Virus record (IMG/VR): IMGVR_UViG_3300034105_004634 | Direction: 5' to 3' (one strand) | Origin: an uncultured virus (IMG/VR IMGVR_UViG_3300034105_004634) | Taxonomy: Duplodnaviria; Heunggongvirae; Uroviricota; Caudoviricetes | Length of the DNA: 64,000 nucleotides | Part shown: in pieces, positions 10,475 to 19,748 of the stretch | Numbering within the stretch: position 1 is the first letter of the stretch | Layout: the number at the start of each line of letters is the position of its first letter | Made by a program: the position numbers and the translations under genes | Notes under the pieces: model-generated | Database searches by the model: none | Told to the model about the DNA's origin: nothing | Seen by the model: only the letters and a program-made list of their open reading frames with translations

Positions 10475-10733
10475 GATAAAAATTTAATAGTGAAAGGATA
10501 ACCAGTTACCCTCTCTTTGATCTGAATTAGACTTGACGTCGCTCCACCCCGCTGAGATGTATCTTGTCTTTAGCAGAGTAAAGTGTCTAGCGTTCATACC
10601 TTGAGGTACGTCTATACTAATGGACTCTCCCTTTGCTATGGTTTTCTTTAAGAGGCTATCATCGATTTTATTTTCAAATTCATCAACTTCTTTAATGAAA
10701 GCTTTATTTAGGTACTCTGGTGAAATTGCCATA

Positions 10734-11807
10734 TTATAGGTATTTATGAGTTTGATCGTTGATGGTAACAATAGTACCAGCTGTTAAGGACTTTAAAGTC
10801 TCTTTAAAAACCCGTATAGCAGCCAATACGTCATCTTTATGAACCATCTCAACTGTAGTATGCATATACTTAAGTGGACTAGCTACGATCGCTGTAGGTA
10901 TGTTTTCAAGGAAGAAAGAAACTGTATCATTACCAAAAGAGCCAACAGATAGCTGTAATGGTATTTCTTTTTCTTTAGCAACATCTCTAACAATTTTGAT
11001 TAGATCCTTGTGATTTTGCGAGGAATATTCAATAACTGGACCTGCACCTCCTTTAATATCACCAGATTTGGCCTTGTTCATCTTAGGTGTATTTGTGTTA
11101 TGTATAACATCATGTACTAATGCAATGTCTGGTTTGATTGTTTGTGCAATCAATCGGGAACCAAATAACCCAACCTCCTCCTGTACAGCATTAACAATAT
11201 AAAGGTCAAAGGGTAAAACCGTGCCCTCCTCCTTAAGTTCCCTTGCAACCTCTGCAATAATATAACCTCCAATTTTATTATCCAGTGATCTACCAACGTA
11301 GTATTTTCCAAGTTCAAAGAATGATTGATCAAACGTGATACAATTGCCAACTTCGACTCCAAGCTTAGCAACTTTCTTTGCTGTATCAACTCCAAGATCA
11401 ACCCATAGTTCATGAACTTCCGGACCCATATCAACTCGCTTCTCCCTTGTATGTATAGCAGGCCATCCAAAAACTCCAGGTACTTTTTTACCGTCGTGTG
11501 TATGAACAAAAACTGTCATTGATGGTGCAATCATGTTGTCGGATCCACCGTTTGTTTTAACCCGGACCATGCCGTCTGATTCTATTTGTGAAATTATAAA
11601 TGCTATCTCGTCCACATGACTTTCCAAAATTACTTTCTTGTCGCCGGATCCCTTAATAAGACCATAGGCAGTTCCATATGCATCTACTCTCATCTCATTA
11701 ACAAAAGGTCTAACGTAATCAATCCAAACTTTTTGGCCTTCAAATTCTCTACCTACTGGCGAGAATGCGTCTAAATACTCTTTTAAAAATTTTTTATTAT
11801 CTTTCAT
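10734..11807 (-). CDS. M42-family aminopeptidase
   Basis: SHVDEI, LDNK, QEEVG and YMHT motifs. Confidence 0.88.
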   Translation of the reverse strand: MKDNKKFLKEYLDAFSPVGREFEGQKVWIDYVRPFVNEMRVDAYGTAYGLIKGSGDKKVILESHVDEIAFIISQIESDGMVRVKTNGGSDNMIAPSMTVFVHTHDGKKVPGVFGWPAIHTREKRVDMGPEVHELWVDLGVDTAKKVAKLGVEVGNCITFDQSFFELGKYYVGRSLDNKIGGYIIAEVARELKEEGTVLPFDLYIVNAVQEEVGLFGSRLIAQTIKPDIALVHDVIHNTNTPKMNKAKSGDIKGGAGPVIEYSSQNHKDLIKIVRDVAKEKEIPLQLSVGSFGNDTVSFFLENIPTAIVASPLKYMHTTVEMVHKDDVLAAIRVFKETLKSLTAGTIVTINDQTHKYL

Positions 11808-11942
11808 TTTTTAAATTTATTTTGTATAATGAATTGGATTTTTACAATTTCCTTTATGTGAACCACATCTGTTATTACCGGCACCAACTAGAATATATTC
11901 GCACCCTTCGGGAGTATAGGATGGGAGGTTATTCAGTAGTAA

Positions 11943-12542
11943 TCATTTTTTTAGATATACTATGGTTACTTTGCAATCCTTTAATTCTTCCTTTATTATG
12001 GACTTAACTAAATTTTCATTTCCTCCTGCTAATCCGCACCCAATTAGACCGGGGAGTCCTACGTGTCTACCCTTGAATTGGTGATTAATTTTTCTAAGAC
12101 CCAATCTAAGAGCATCATAATCGAGAGGCCTAGCTGTTCCTCCGTCGTGATTTAAACCAAATCCATATTGTGAATATAGATTCACAACAGCCAAGTCAAA
12201 TTCTAAAAAATCGGTTTCGCTGTTACATATAATGTATGTGTTAACCTTCCAATCAATCTGGCCTAGCTTATTATAATCACCTCTGTGCTGCTGAGCTTCC
12301 ATTGGAAATTTATCGCAACCAAAAGCCTTAGCCATCTGAGGTGCTATACCCGCACCCATCCGACACCAGCAATTTGCACCATGCGTTACCACCTGGAATT
12401 TACCCTGCTGTGCCATAGATATAAGATCACCCACAACCTCACGATATGCTGGATGGATTGGTTCATCCCTTGCATCCACGTGCAGACAGTACTTGTTGCA
12501 TACACCTTCACAGTACATGCATCCATTAGCTCCCTTACCCAT
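11943..12542 (-). CDS. macrodomain (ADP-ribose binding/hydrolase) protein
   Basis: GDL, HGANC...MGAGIA, NLYSQ and IGCGLAGG motifs. Confidence 0.85.
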   Translation of the reverse strand: MGKGANGCMYCEGVCNKYCLHVDARDEPIHPAYREVVGDLISMAQQGKFQVVTHGANCWCRMGAGIAPQMAKAFGCDKFPMEAQQHRGDYNKLGQIDWKVNTYIICNSETDFLEFDLAVVNLYSQYGFGLNHDGGTARPLDYDALRLGLRKINHQFKGRHVGLPGLIGCGLAGGNENLVKSIIKEELKDCKVTIVYLKK

Positions 12543-12823
12543 TATTTAAGATCCTTAGATTTAACAGTCCCATCTTTGCTGATATGTACTACTATGTTAT
12601 CGATAGTTTCTTTTGATCCCTCACTGTGACCTTTTTGTCTGGCATTTATTGATATTAATGCAACTCCAATAGATAATAAGAACCAACCTGCTGCATTCAA
12701 TGGAGAATGCATCTTGAATGTGAACGGTGAGAATCCAATTTCTGTGTCACCTATAAATAGGAAACCTGCTACCAATATTGAACCTGTAATTATAATTTCT
12801 AACATGCCTTTCATTTTATTTAA

Positions 12824-13591
12824 TTAAAATTGTTTGATAATTTGTAGATTGTTTAATTCATATTCATCATACTTGCTATTTGTGCAATACACTTTTTCGT
12901 ACGATGTTTCCAATTCTTTATTTGGATTTTTAATAGTTATATGACTAACTGCTAAGTATAGTTTACCAACATTTCTTTCTTTTAATAGTTTTGCTAACCC
13001 TATAAACGTACCACCTGCAACACATAAATCATCCAAAATAAGAATATCTTTACCTTTGAAATCCCGCCTATCTATAATTTGGGTTAATTTATGAGTTTCC
13101 ATATCTCTGGATTTATTAGCACCATATACTTCACCTTGAAAATTCAGTGTATCTGCTAATTTGCTTATCCATTTATATGATCCTGCATCCGTTGATAGCA
13201 AAATTGGTTCACCCTTTATGTTATTAAGAACTTTGGATATGAAATTAGAATTATCGATAATTCTAACATTATTTAGTGCTATTTGAACCGCATCCGAATG
13301 TGGATGATGAACATAAACTTTGAAAAAGTTACAGGAGTTTATAAAATCACAAATGTTTTTTAATTCAAACGATTGATTTTCCTTAAATCTTCTATCATGT
13401 TGTTGTTGAAACATACAAGGTATTATTAGCTCAACATTTTCTATTTTATTATGGTCACAAATTTCTTTGATTGACTTTATAAAAAATAAATCCTCGTATG
13501 AATTTATTTTTTCTGTAATTACTGGATTAGTGAAATCATCGATTTCAGCATATACGCCACCATCCGGATATTTAATTCTTCTGTATACCAT
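12824..13591 (-). CDS. prs: ribose-phosphate pyrophosphokinase family (Prs/Adps-like)
   Basis: YPDG, QQHDRRF, HPHS, DAG and ILDDLCVAGGTF PRPP-binding loop. Confidence 0.85.
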   Translation of the reverse strand: MVYRRIKYPDGGVYAEIDDFTNPVITEKINSYEDLFFIKSIKEICDHNKIENVELIIPCMFQQQHDRRFKENQSFELKNICDFINSCNFFKVYVHHPHSDAVQIALNNVRIIDNSNFISKVLNNIKGEPILLSTDAGSYKWISKLADTLNFQGEVYGANKSRDMETHKLTQIIDRRDFKGKDILILDDLCVAGGTFIGLAKLLKERNVGKLYLAVSHITIKNPNKELETSYEKVYCTNSKYDEYELNNLQIIKQF

Positions 13592-13600
13592 TTTAATTTT

Positions 13601-14347
13601 TTATGAGTTTATATTATTCCAAAATTTATCTTTGCTTAACCTCTCGTTAATTGAGCTATAGAGCTCGCTCACCTTTAGAGCCTCCTCCAATTTTTCTATC
13701 GTGCAGCCTCTCTCTGCATACGGGCTGTTGAATCTCTTGTACATGTCATCGGATCCAAATGAGGGTTCTCTTAATATACCGTTAGGTACGTACATATCAA
13801 CATTTCCATTCTTTATTGAATATTCGATAACGGCTTCAGGTGGTCTTTCATCCTCGCTTACCTCCTGATTTAGTAATTGCACTTTCATTTCAAGAAAAGG
13901 GAAAGCTTCCGCTATTTTAACACAGTCCTCATAGACATCATGAACTGAGGGATGTTTACCAATGTTATAGTTGTTTGTCCCTATCATACCGTCCCAGTTG
14001 CACCATCCGTGTGGTCCACCAATCCAGGATGAGACAATTCGGGAATTGCTCATGTAGTTAAGATCAAGAGCTCCGTATTTTTTTGAGATGGATTCCTTTA
14101 TGTCCCATGTCCCATAAACATCTGTTTTGTATTTCTCTTTAAGTGCATCAGTAAGATCACTCCATGATTCTTCAACATTATAGACGAGTTTATGAATTTG
14201 TCTTTCAAATTCTCTGTCATTAGAGCAGAAACTAAATCTATCGGTCATGACATTAATAACCATCGCCTGTTGCTTTGTCACTGGTTTACCAACAACTATT
14301 AGTGCTGGCCATTTTGGAAGTCCTCTATTAAATAATTCTTCATTCAT
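13601..14347 (-). CDS. hypothetical phage protein
   Basis: 248-aa ORF with LPKWP and GGPHGWC motifs; own promoter at 14362. Confidence 0.6.
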   Translation of the reverse strand: MNEELFNRGLPKWPALIVVGKPVTKQQAMVINVMTDRFSFCSNDREFERQIHKLVYNVEESWSDLTDALKEKYKTDVYGTWDIKESISKKYGALDLNYMSNSRIVSSWIGGPHGWCNWDGMIGTNNYNIGKHPSVHDVYEDCVKIAEAFPFLEMKVQLLNQEVSEDERPPEAVIEYSIKNGNVDMYVPNGILREPSFGSDDMYKRFNSPYAERGCTIEKLEEALKVSELYSSINERLSKDKFWNNINS

Positions 14348-14463
14348 ATCTTTAAATTATATGCAAATGTAAAAAAAAGATTCGAATCTTTTTCAAATCT
14401 TCCGAAGGTAATCGTTACCTGGTGATGCTGATTTTATTATAATCTTGGTCCTGAAGTCACTAT

Positions 14464-14901
14464 TTATTTTATTTGGTCCCAATTTATAGGTAACTTAAAA
14501 TCGTCATGGTAAGGTATTATATTGAATGCGATTACATCATCAATAGTAACTTCTTTTGTTTCTGTATCAACGATTCCTATAATTGATGGCCGGAGAACAC
14601 CGCTTGCTGTTTCTATTAGGTGCTTAGCCATTTCACCATTGCTTCCTGACATAAATGAAACATCAACCACCAAAAATCCATCCATCACTTCAACATCAGT
14701 TATCTGGTGTGTCACTCTTGATGGATCAACACCTAATTTATACTCACTGTTTAATAGTTCACCGAAAAATAATCCACTATTTATGCGTTTTTTTGTTTTT
14801 TCATACATTTTAGATATGGTTTCCTTATTGTAAATGTTACCAATCAGGTTAGGTGTATCCGCTTGTGCTACTACTATTTTCATATTTCTATCAGAAGACA
14901 T
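14464..14901 (-). CDS. degenerate T4 gp21-like prohead protease paralog
   Basis: QADTPNLIGNIY, FGEL and VDPSRVTH resemble gp21; the His and Ser catalytic motifs are altered. Confidence 0.6.
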   Translation of the reverse strand: MSSDRNMKIVVAQADTPNLIGNIYNKETISKMYEKTKKRINSGLFFGELLNSEYKLGVDPSRVTHQITDVEVMDGFLVVDVSFMSGSNGEMAKHLIETASGVLRPSIIGIVDTETKEVTIDDVIAFNIIPYHDDFKLPINWDQIK

Positions 14902-16120
14902 TTGTGATCTGTCTTGTTATGATTGCTGAATCCTCTTCTGGTCTGGATTCTATGCCCAACGAAGTGCTCTTCCCGTAAGCGAAAGCTTTGATTATGGTTT
15001 CACCATAGCTATCAATCTCTGTACTAAAATTCACAAATCCCGCTCCGTCTATTCTTCCCATTCCCCTAGCCATATCACTATGTTGAATTGCTGCGGAGAA
15101 AATGATTGCACTTCCATCCGCTATAATATACTTTGGCTTATACATCTTTCTGATATTTGTCTAAGAATTTTTGCATCATCGAGGATCCACTTGCTGATTT
15201 ACCAACAACCATGTTTAGTACACCATCCTGCGGACCAATCATATTATTCATGGCCTCACTCATTCTCTCCTTAAGAGATAAATTAGCTATCCTTTCTTCC
15301 TCCGCTTTATTCTCGAGATCTATAAACTCCTTCCATTCAGGTGAAGCTATGATTTCGTTTATGGTATTGTACTTTAGTTCCTTCATGACTATATGTTCTC
15401 ATCTGGAAACCATTTCTCGAGCAGAATACCGAATCCTCCATGTTCTGTTACGCCATCTTTACCTGTTGATACTTCCCTTGCTGTTATCGAGATGATTCTC
15501 CACCCGTCGTTTAACAGAGAATCAACTTCCTCCTGTGCAGTAATCTTAACGCTTGAAGTAATTAAAAATTTTTGTCTTGTTATTGCCATGATCTTTTTAT
15601 TAAATTATATTGCAAATGTATGGATTTAATTTGAAATATAAAAATTTATTTTGATTTATTTTGATTTATTTCTCGAGATCAGGAAAATTAAGAAATCCTG
15701 AATCCAGCACCTCTATTATTCTTCTTAACTTATCACCCGACGGATCCGTTATGCTAAGTAAGCCTATTCTGGAACAGATGGATCTAGTTTCTTCATCCAT
15801 TCCCCATCCGGATGAGCATATTGCAGCATCTCTACCCAGCATCTCCTCGAATTTTTCTCTAACACCCAATCTTAGTGGGAAATCTGCTCCGTGTGGTAAT
15901 TCGCTTCTTTTGGCTGGTCCAATTACGCAATTCCAGTATTCGTCTTTTTCTTCCATCATCTTATTATTAATTGTCCTCCTCCCATTCATCTTCATCTTCC
16001 TCTATTAGTTCATTCGCCTTAATTATTTTTTCCTCTGTTAAATTGTAAAGGACATCTCCCAAACTATCCTGTGATAGAATGTAATTTTTAATTTCTTCTA
16101 TTGTAAATGTGTTTTGCATA

Positions 16121-16615
16121 TTATTGCGTGTTTAATATTCTTATTGCTTTGTTGGTACATTCGTTTGTTAATCCGTACCCAATATCAATTGAGTCGGGAT
16201 GATTGATGTTATTTGCAGTTCTAACAAAATGTCCTCTTTGATGAGTCAAAAAATCATTATCATCATCCAATATAACATAATTTTTAACTTCTGGATGTTC
16301 GTCTAGCCATTGTTCTACCTCGTGACCTCTTTCAACTGTATCATAAAATTCTGCTCTACTGTCCTCAACAATTTGAACACAATCAACTGTTACATCAATT
16401 AAATCACCAGGGAGATTTCGGTCAATCCACATTTGTTTCATTTTTTCTAAACCAGCAAATCTCCAAGTCGAGGACATCACGATTTTGGCTCCCGTTTCAT
16501 CAACAATTCTTTTAAGATTATCCACAAACTCCGGATGGAATAAACGACCATAGTCATCATGACCAGGATATCCAACATTAAGGACTCCATCTATATCGAG
16601 GAACAAAATTTTCAT
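16121..16615 (-). CDS. HAD phosphatase (Swiss-army-knife RNA-repair type)
   Basis: FLDIDGVLN, VMSSTWR, RG.E and YVILDD motifs. Confidence 0.8.
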   Translation of the reverse strand: MKILFLDIDGVLNVGYPGHDDYGRLFHPEFVDNLKRIVDETGAKIVMSSTWRFAGLEKMKQMWIDRNLPGDLIDVTVDCVQIVEDSRAEFYDTVERGHEVEQWLDEHPEVKNYVILDDDNDFLTHQRGHFVRTANNINHPDSIDIGYGLTNECTNKAIRILNTQ

Positions 16616-16674
16616 TTTATAGCATTTAATATTTTATCTATTCCTTCCCCTTGGTATTCCGTTATGTTTCACCA

Positions 16675-17046
16675 TTAGATGCATGATAGTGCTGATTTTA
16701 TTGATGCCTTTAGTGCATCATAGTAATCTTCATATGGTCCATCACCATGATCCATTTCATTCTGATCTTTGTCTGTGTAGTTTGTGTACTCGTAGGTGAT
16801 TGTGTTGTCTTCGAGTAGAAATGGCATAACAACTATGATAATACCATGCTCATCCCTAAGCCAATCGGTTACCTGTTGGTATAATGGGCACGGAATAGTA
16901 TCATACATCATTGATCCACTGGGTGATTGTCTAGTCCCATTTATGTGTATGAATTCTGTTTGGTCTATGGTGGCTAAACAGCGTAGAGAGAATCCTAATT
17001 CGCTTAGTGCCAATGCCAATTTATATTCGGTAAATAATTTATTCAT
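16675..17046 (-). CDS. paralog family member
   Basis: LALALSELGF, PLYQQVTDWLRDEH, YYDAL. Confidence 0.65.
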   Translation of the reverse strand: MNKLFTEYKLALALSELGFSLRCLATIDQTEFIHINGTRQSPSGSMMYDTIPCPLYQQVTDWLRDEHGIIIVVMPFLLEDNTITYEYTNYTDKDQNEMDHGDGPYEDYYDALKASIKSALSCI

Positions 17047-17067
17047 CTGAATGGATTTAGGTTTATA

Positions 17068-17622
17068 TTATCTAAAATGTTCTATCCTTTTTCTTATCGC
17101 CTCTGCCGTTTTGTAGTCCTCAGCCTCTATGGCTTGTTTCAGATAAACGTCACATTCAATCTCGCTGAGCAACTCAATTGGTTTACCATCTACCATTACA
17201 CCTGCTCCTCTAAATACGCTGCTAGTATTTCTTTTTATCTGCTCTACCTCTGCATGAAATGCCGGATCTGTTCCCATTACCTTTTTGGCTTCATTGAAGT
17301 TATTTCTCCATTTAGCAGAAATGTTCTCCCTTAGTTCGCACCATTCAATTTTATAAACATTACCATCATGGACATCAACATAGAGCGAATCTAAGGACCA
17401 GCCTTTGAGTATAGCATAAGATTTACCACTCTCCTTTAAGACCCTATATGCATCATCACCCTCATACCTATCAAGAATTAGCATGTCATAAGTATGCCAT
17501 TTCGCACATTCTGATTTTCTTGCTCTTGTTTTCAAATAGTTTTTGAGTACTAATAATAGCACGATTGCTAATACCACTAATAAAATATAGGCTAGTGTTG
17601 TCATATCATGAATTTTATACAA
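17068..17622 (-). CDS. membrane-anchored protein with C-terminal UVR-like motif
   Basis: N-terminal TM helix; LKQAIEAEDYKTAEAIR. Confidence 0.5.
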   Translation of the reverse strand: MYKIHDMTTLAYILLVVLAIVLLLVLKNYLKTRARKSECAKWHTYDMLILDRYEGDDAYRVLKESGKSYAILKGWSLDSLYVDVHDGNVYKIEWCELRENISAKWRNNFNEAKKVMGTDPAFHAEVEQIKRNTSSVFRGAGVMVDGKPIELLSEIECDVYLKQAIEAEDYKTAEAIRKRIEHFR

Positions 17623-17642
17623 ATATAGGAAAATATTTCGAA

Positions 17643-18398
17643 TTAAAAAAATCTTTTCCTATCTTTTGCAAGATTTTTTATCCTTCCGACCTTAACCGGA
17701 TATAATATGTTTACCAGATGCCTTGAGATTCTTCTATATCTTCTTGAATCGGTATACCCAGATCTACTATAACCCTTTATATGCTCCATGCATCGATCGA
17801 TGCTGGAGTTTGATGAATATTCTGATATTTTGGTGTTGAATGATGACTTATAGTTTTCTTTAAAGTCTTCTAGTGTGTGTTTGATCATTCTGTAATCACT
17901 AATCATAACCGTATAACAACCATCCGATGTTGCTTTTAATATATCCATTTTATATGAGAACCTTCTTGGCATATATTGCTCATTTTCCGGATATTTGTAT
18001 CCCCTTTCCTTTGGTATAAATCTGAAGGTATATTTACCAATAGAGAATGTTTTAATTCTTTTTTTTGTTTCAATTTCACCAAGCTTATAAAAGAAGTTCC
18101 ATGAATTAACTGCTACCATTTTAGTTGTAAATTTCCAATGCTTATCCAATATATCCCGAACGTCACCAAAATTCATTCCCGCGGGCGGGGTACCACAAAA
18201 GAAGTCTCCGTCATCCAGCCAGGTACATTTGTACATCGAGGCAAAGCACCAATCAAAGTTTAGACATTGATATCCATCCTTCATGGACGGTGTTCCGTTT
18301 GGATTTGATACATGGTCACTGATGTCTTCATATCTTCCCTGATGGGTAACAACTAAAGGAGCTAAACAACATGGACACAGTATATTTATTTTGGACAT
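17643..18398 (-). CDS. hypothetical Cys-containing protein
   Basis: 251-aa ORF with CPCC. Confidence 0.5.
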   Translation of the reverse strand: MSKINILCPCCLAPLVVTHQGRYEDISDHVSNPNGTPSMKDGYQCLNFDWCFASMYKCTWLDDGDFFCGTPPAGMNFGDVRDILDKHWKFTTKMVAVNSWNFFYKLGEIETKKRIKTFSIGKYTFRFIPKERGYKYPENEQYMPRRFSYKMDILKATSDGCYTVMISDYRMIKHTLEDFKENYKSSFNTKISEYSSNSSIDRCMEHIKGYSRSGYTDSRRYRRISRHLVNILYPVKVGRIKNLAKDRKRFF

Positions 18399-18949
18399 TA
18401 TGATATGGTTTCTTGCTGACCTAATTTAACATTCTCTTTTAGAAACTCGCTCATGAAATCGAATAACTCGTCATTGCCGTTACTGATACATTCATAAAGT
18501 ATTGAATCCAGATGACCGGCTATTGATGTTCTTTCGTGGGAGTTTTGCTTGGTTCTTAGAATTTTAAGCTCCTCACCAAGCTTGATATATTCAGGATTAT
18601 CGACATCAACCTCATTAATATCATTTGCTCTTCTTATTCTGCTTCTTAGGATTAGAACCTGATTCATTCTTTTAGCTTCATCCTTGCTCATCTTAGATTC
18701 AGATAGACATAAGGAATCACTGAAGTAATCACACTGTCTAAGAGCTCTATGAAAATTTATAAACCACCAGCTATCTTCTGGAGCTTGCTTATATTCATCA
18801 ATAATATGCTCCAGAAAATCAGGATCACCGAGATGTAATATACTGAATAGGTTCCAATAGATAAAAAGCTTTGGATCTCTATCCGATTTTTTTCTTAATG
18901 AATCTATGAATTTTTCTTCGATGGTTTGGTTAATCATTTTTTCTTCCAT
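18398..18949 (-). CDS. hypothetical protein
   Basis: 183-aa ORF. Confidence 0.5.
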   Translation of the reverse strand: MEEKMINQTIEEKFIDSLRKKSDRDPKLFIYWNLFSILHLGDPDFLEHIIDEYKQAPEDSWWFINFHRALRQCDYFSDSLCLSESKMSKDEAKRMNQVLILRSRIRRANDINEVDVDNPEYIKLGEELKILRTKQNSHERTSIAGHLDSILYECISNGNDELFDFMSEFLKENVKLGQQETIS

Positions 18950-19167
18950 CTTCGTACTGTTTAATTGTTTTTTTCATCATGAAGTATATAAATGAAAGTA
19001 TTACTGCACCAACCATTACGATTGAAGAAATGTCAGCAGTTTTGTCATTTTCCTTATAAATTAAGAATATGCTGAATATCCAGCATACAATTGCAAATAT
19101 CCCTGAGTTGCGGGTGAAATCTTTGGCCTCCTTTAATTTTTCTGGTTCCATATTTTTTTTAAATTAA

Positions 19168-19208
19168 AATCCGAATTATTACACAAATATATGGTAATAA
19201 TTCGGATT
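19168..19208. terminator. long inverted repeat overlapping a promoter; likely end of the ncRNA unit
   Basis: aatccgaattattac / gtaataattcggatt 15-bp arms. Confidence 0.55.
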
Positions 19209-19245
19209 AAAAAAATAACAATAACAATCATTCAAAAATAATTTT

Positions 19246-19595
19246 GGTATTATACTGGATAGCTTAGTTCTCCTATCTAAATTGGCAGTTTTATCTTGCG
19301 ATTTTTCTTGAGGTGTAGTGCAGTATCCCACTGCAGTTCTCTCCTTACCTAACTAATTACCAATGCGTCTATCCTGTAAAATACCGTTCATCACCACGAA
19401 GAACATTCATTAAGAAGCCTAGCCTGACCTTCCAGACAGTACATGTCACAATTAATTTGGCGCCGTGTTATGTAGTAGGCTTCTTTATACTCTAACCCTG
19501 GACTTGGACTCTGCCTCAAACGATTTTATTAGTGATCTGCGGAACCACCTTACTTCGTGTCCAGTTATCTTTGCAGCTTACAGAGACGCGGTTAG
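19246..19595 (-). ncRNA. large structured ncRNA of unknown class
   Basis: No ORF of 60 aa or more; nested helices 19246-19262/19369-19385 (15/17), 19412-19421/19476-19485 (10/10), 19492-19497/19590-19595, 19498-19503/19559-19564; GCAA and GGAA tetraloop hairpins on the minus strand. Confidence 0.7.
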
Positions 19596-19686
19596 TGAAG
19601 AAGATAGGGATCGAACCTATGGCACGTCTTTGTTCCTTACCTGAGTAAGTACTGAAGATTGCTCTAACCAACTGAGCTACTTCTCC
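19596..19686 (-). tRNA. tRNA-like element with an extended, non-canonical anticodon arm
   Basis: Acceptor GGAGAAG/CTTCTTC-A, D arm GCTC-AGTTGGTTA-GAGC, T arm ATAGG-TTCGATC-CCTAT; 24 nt replace the 7-nt anticodon loop; CCA not encoded. Confidence 0.8.
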
Positions 19687-19699
19687 TTTTTAATTATAT

Positions 19700-19733
19700 T
19701 GCAAATATACGAAATCCTTTCGGATTAAAAAAT
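19700..19733 (-). promoter_or_regulatory. TAnnTTTG-type promoter of the RNA unit
   Basis: TATATTTGCA ends 13 nt upstream of the 5' G of the tRNA-like element. Confidence 0.75.
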
Positions 19734-19748
19734 AAATTATGAAAAAAA

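Noticed and set aside
19500..19520. RNase P RNA (GAGGCAGAGUCC resembles GAGGAAAGUCC)
   Set aside because: No matching 3' P4 strand or other conserved regions were recognised
19246..19686. Canonical tmRNA to match smpB
   Set aside because: The tRNA-like part has a full D stem, is closed locally and lacks G3-U70; no tag frame ending in an AA-stop motif was found
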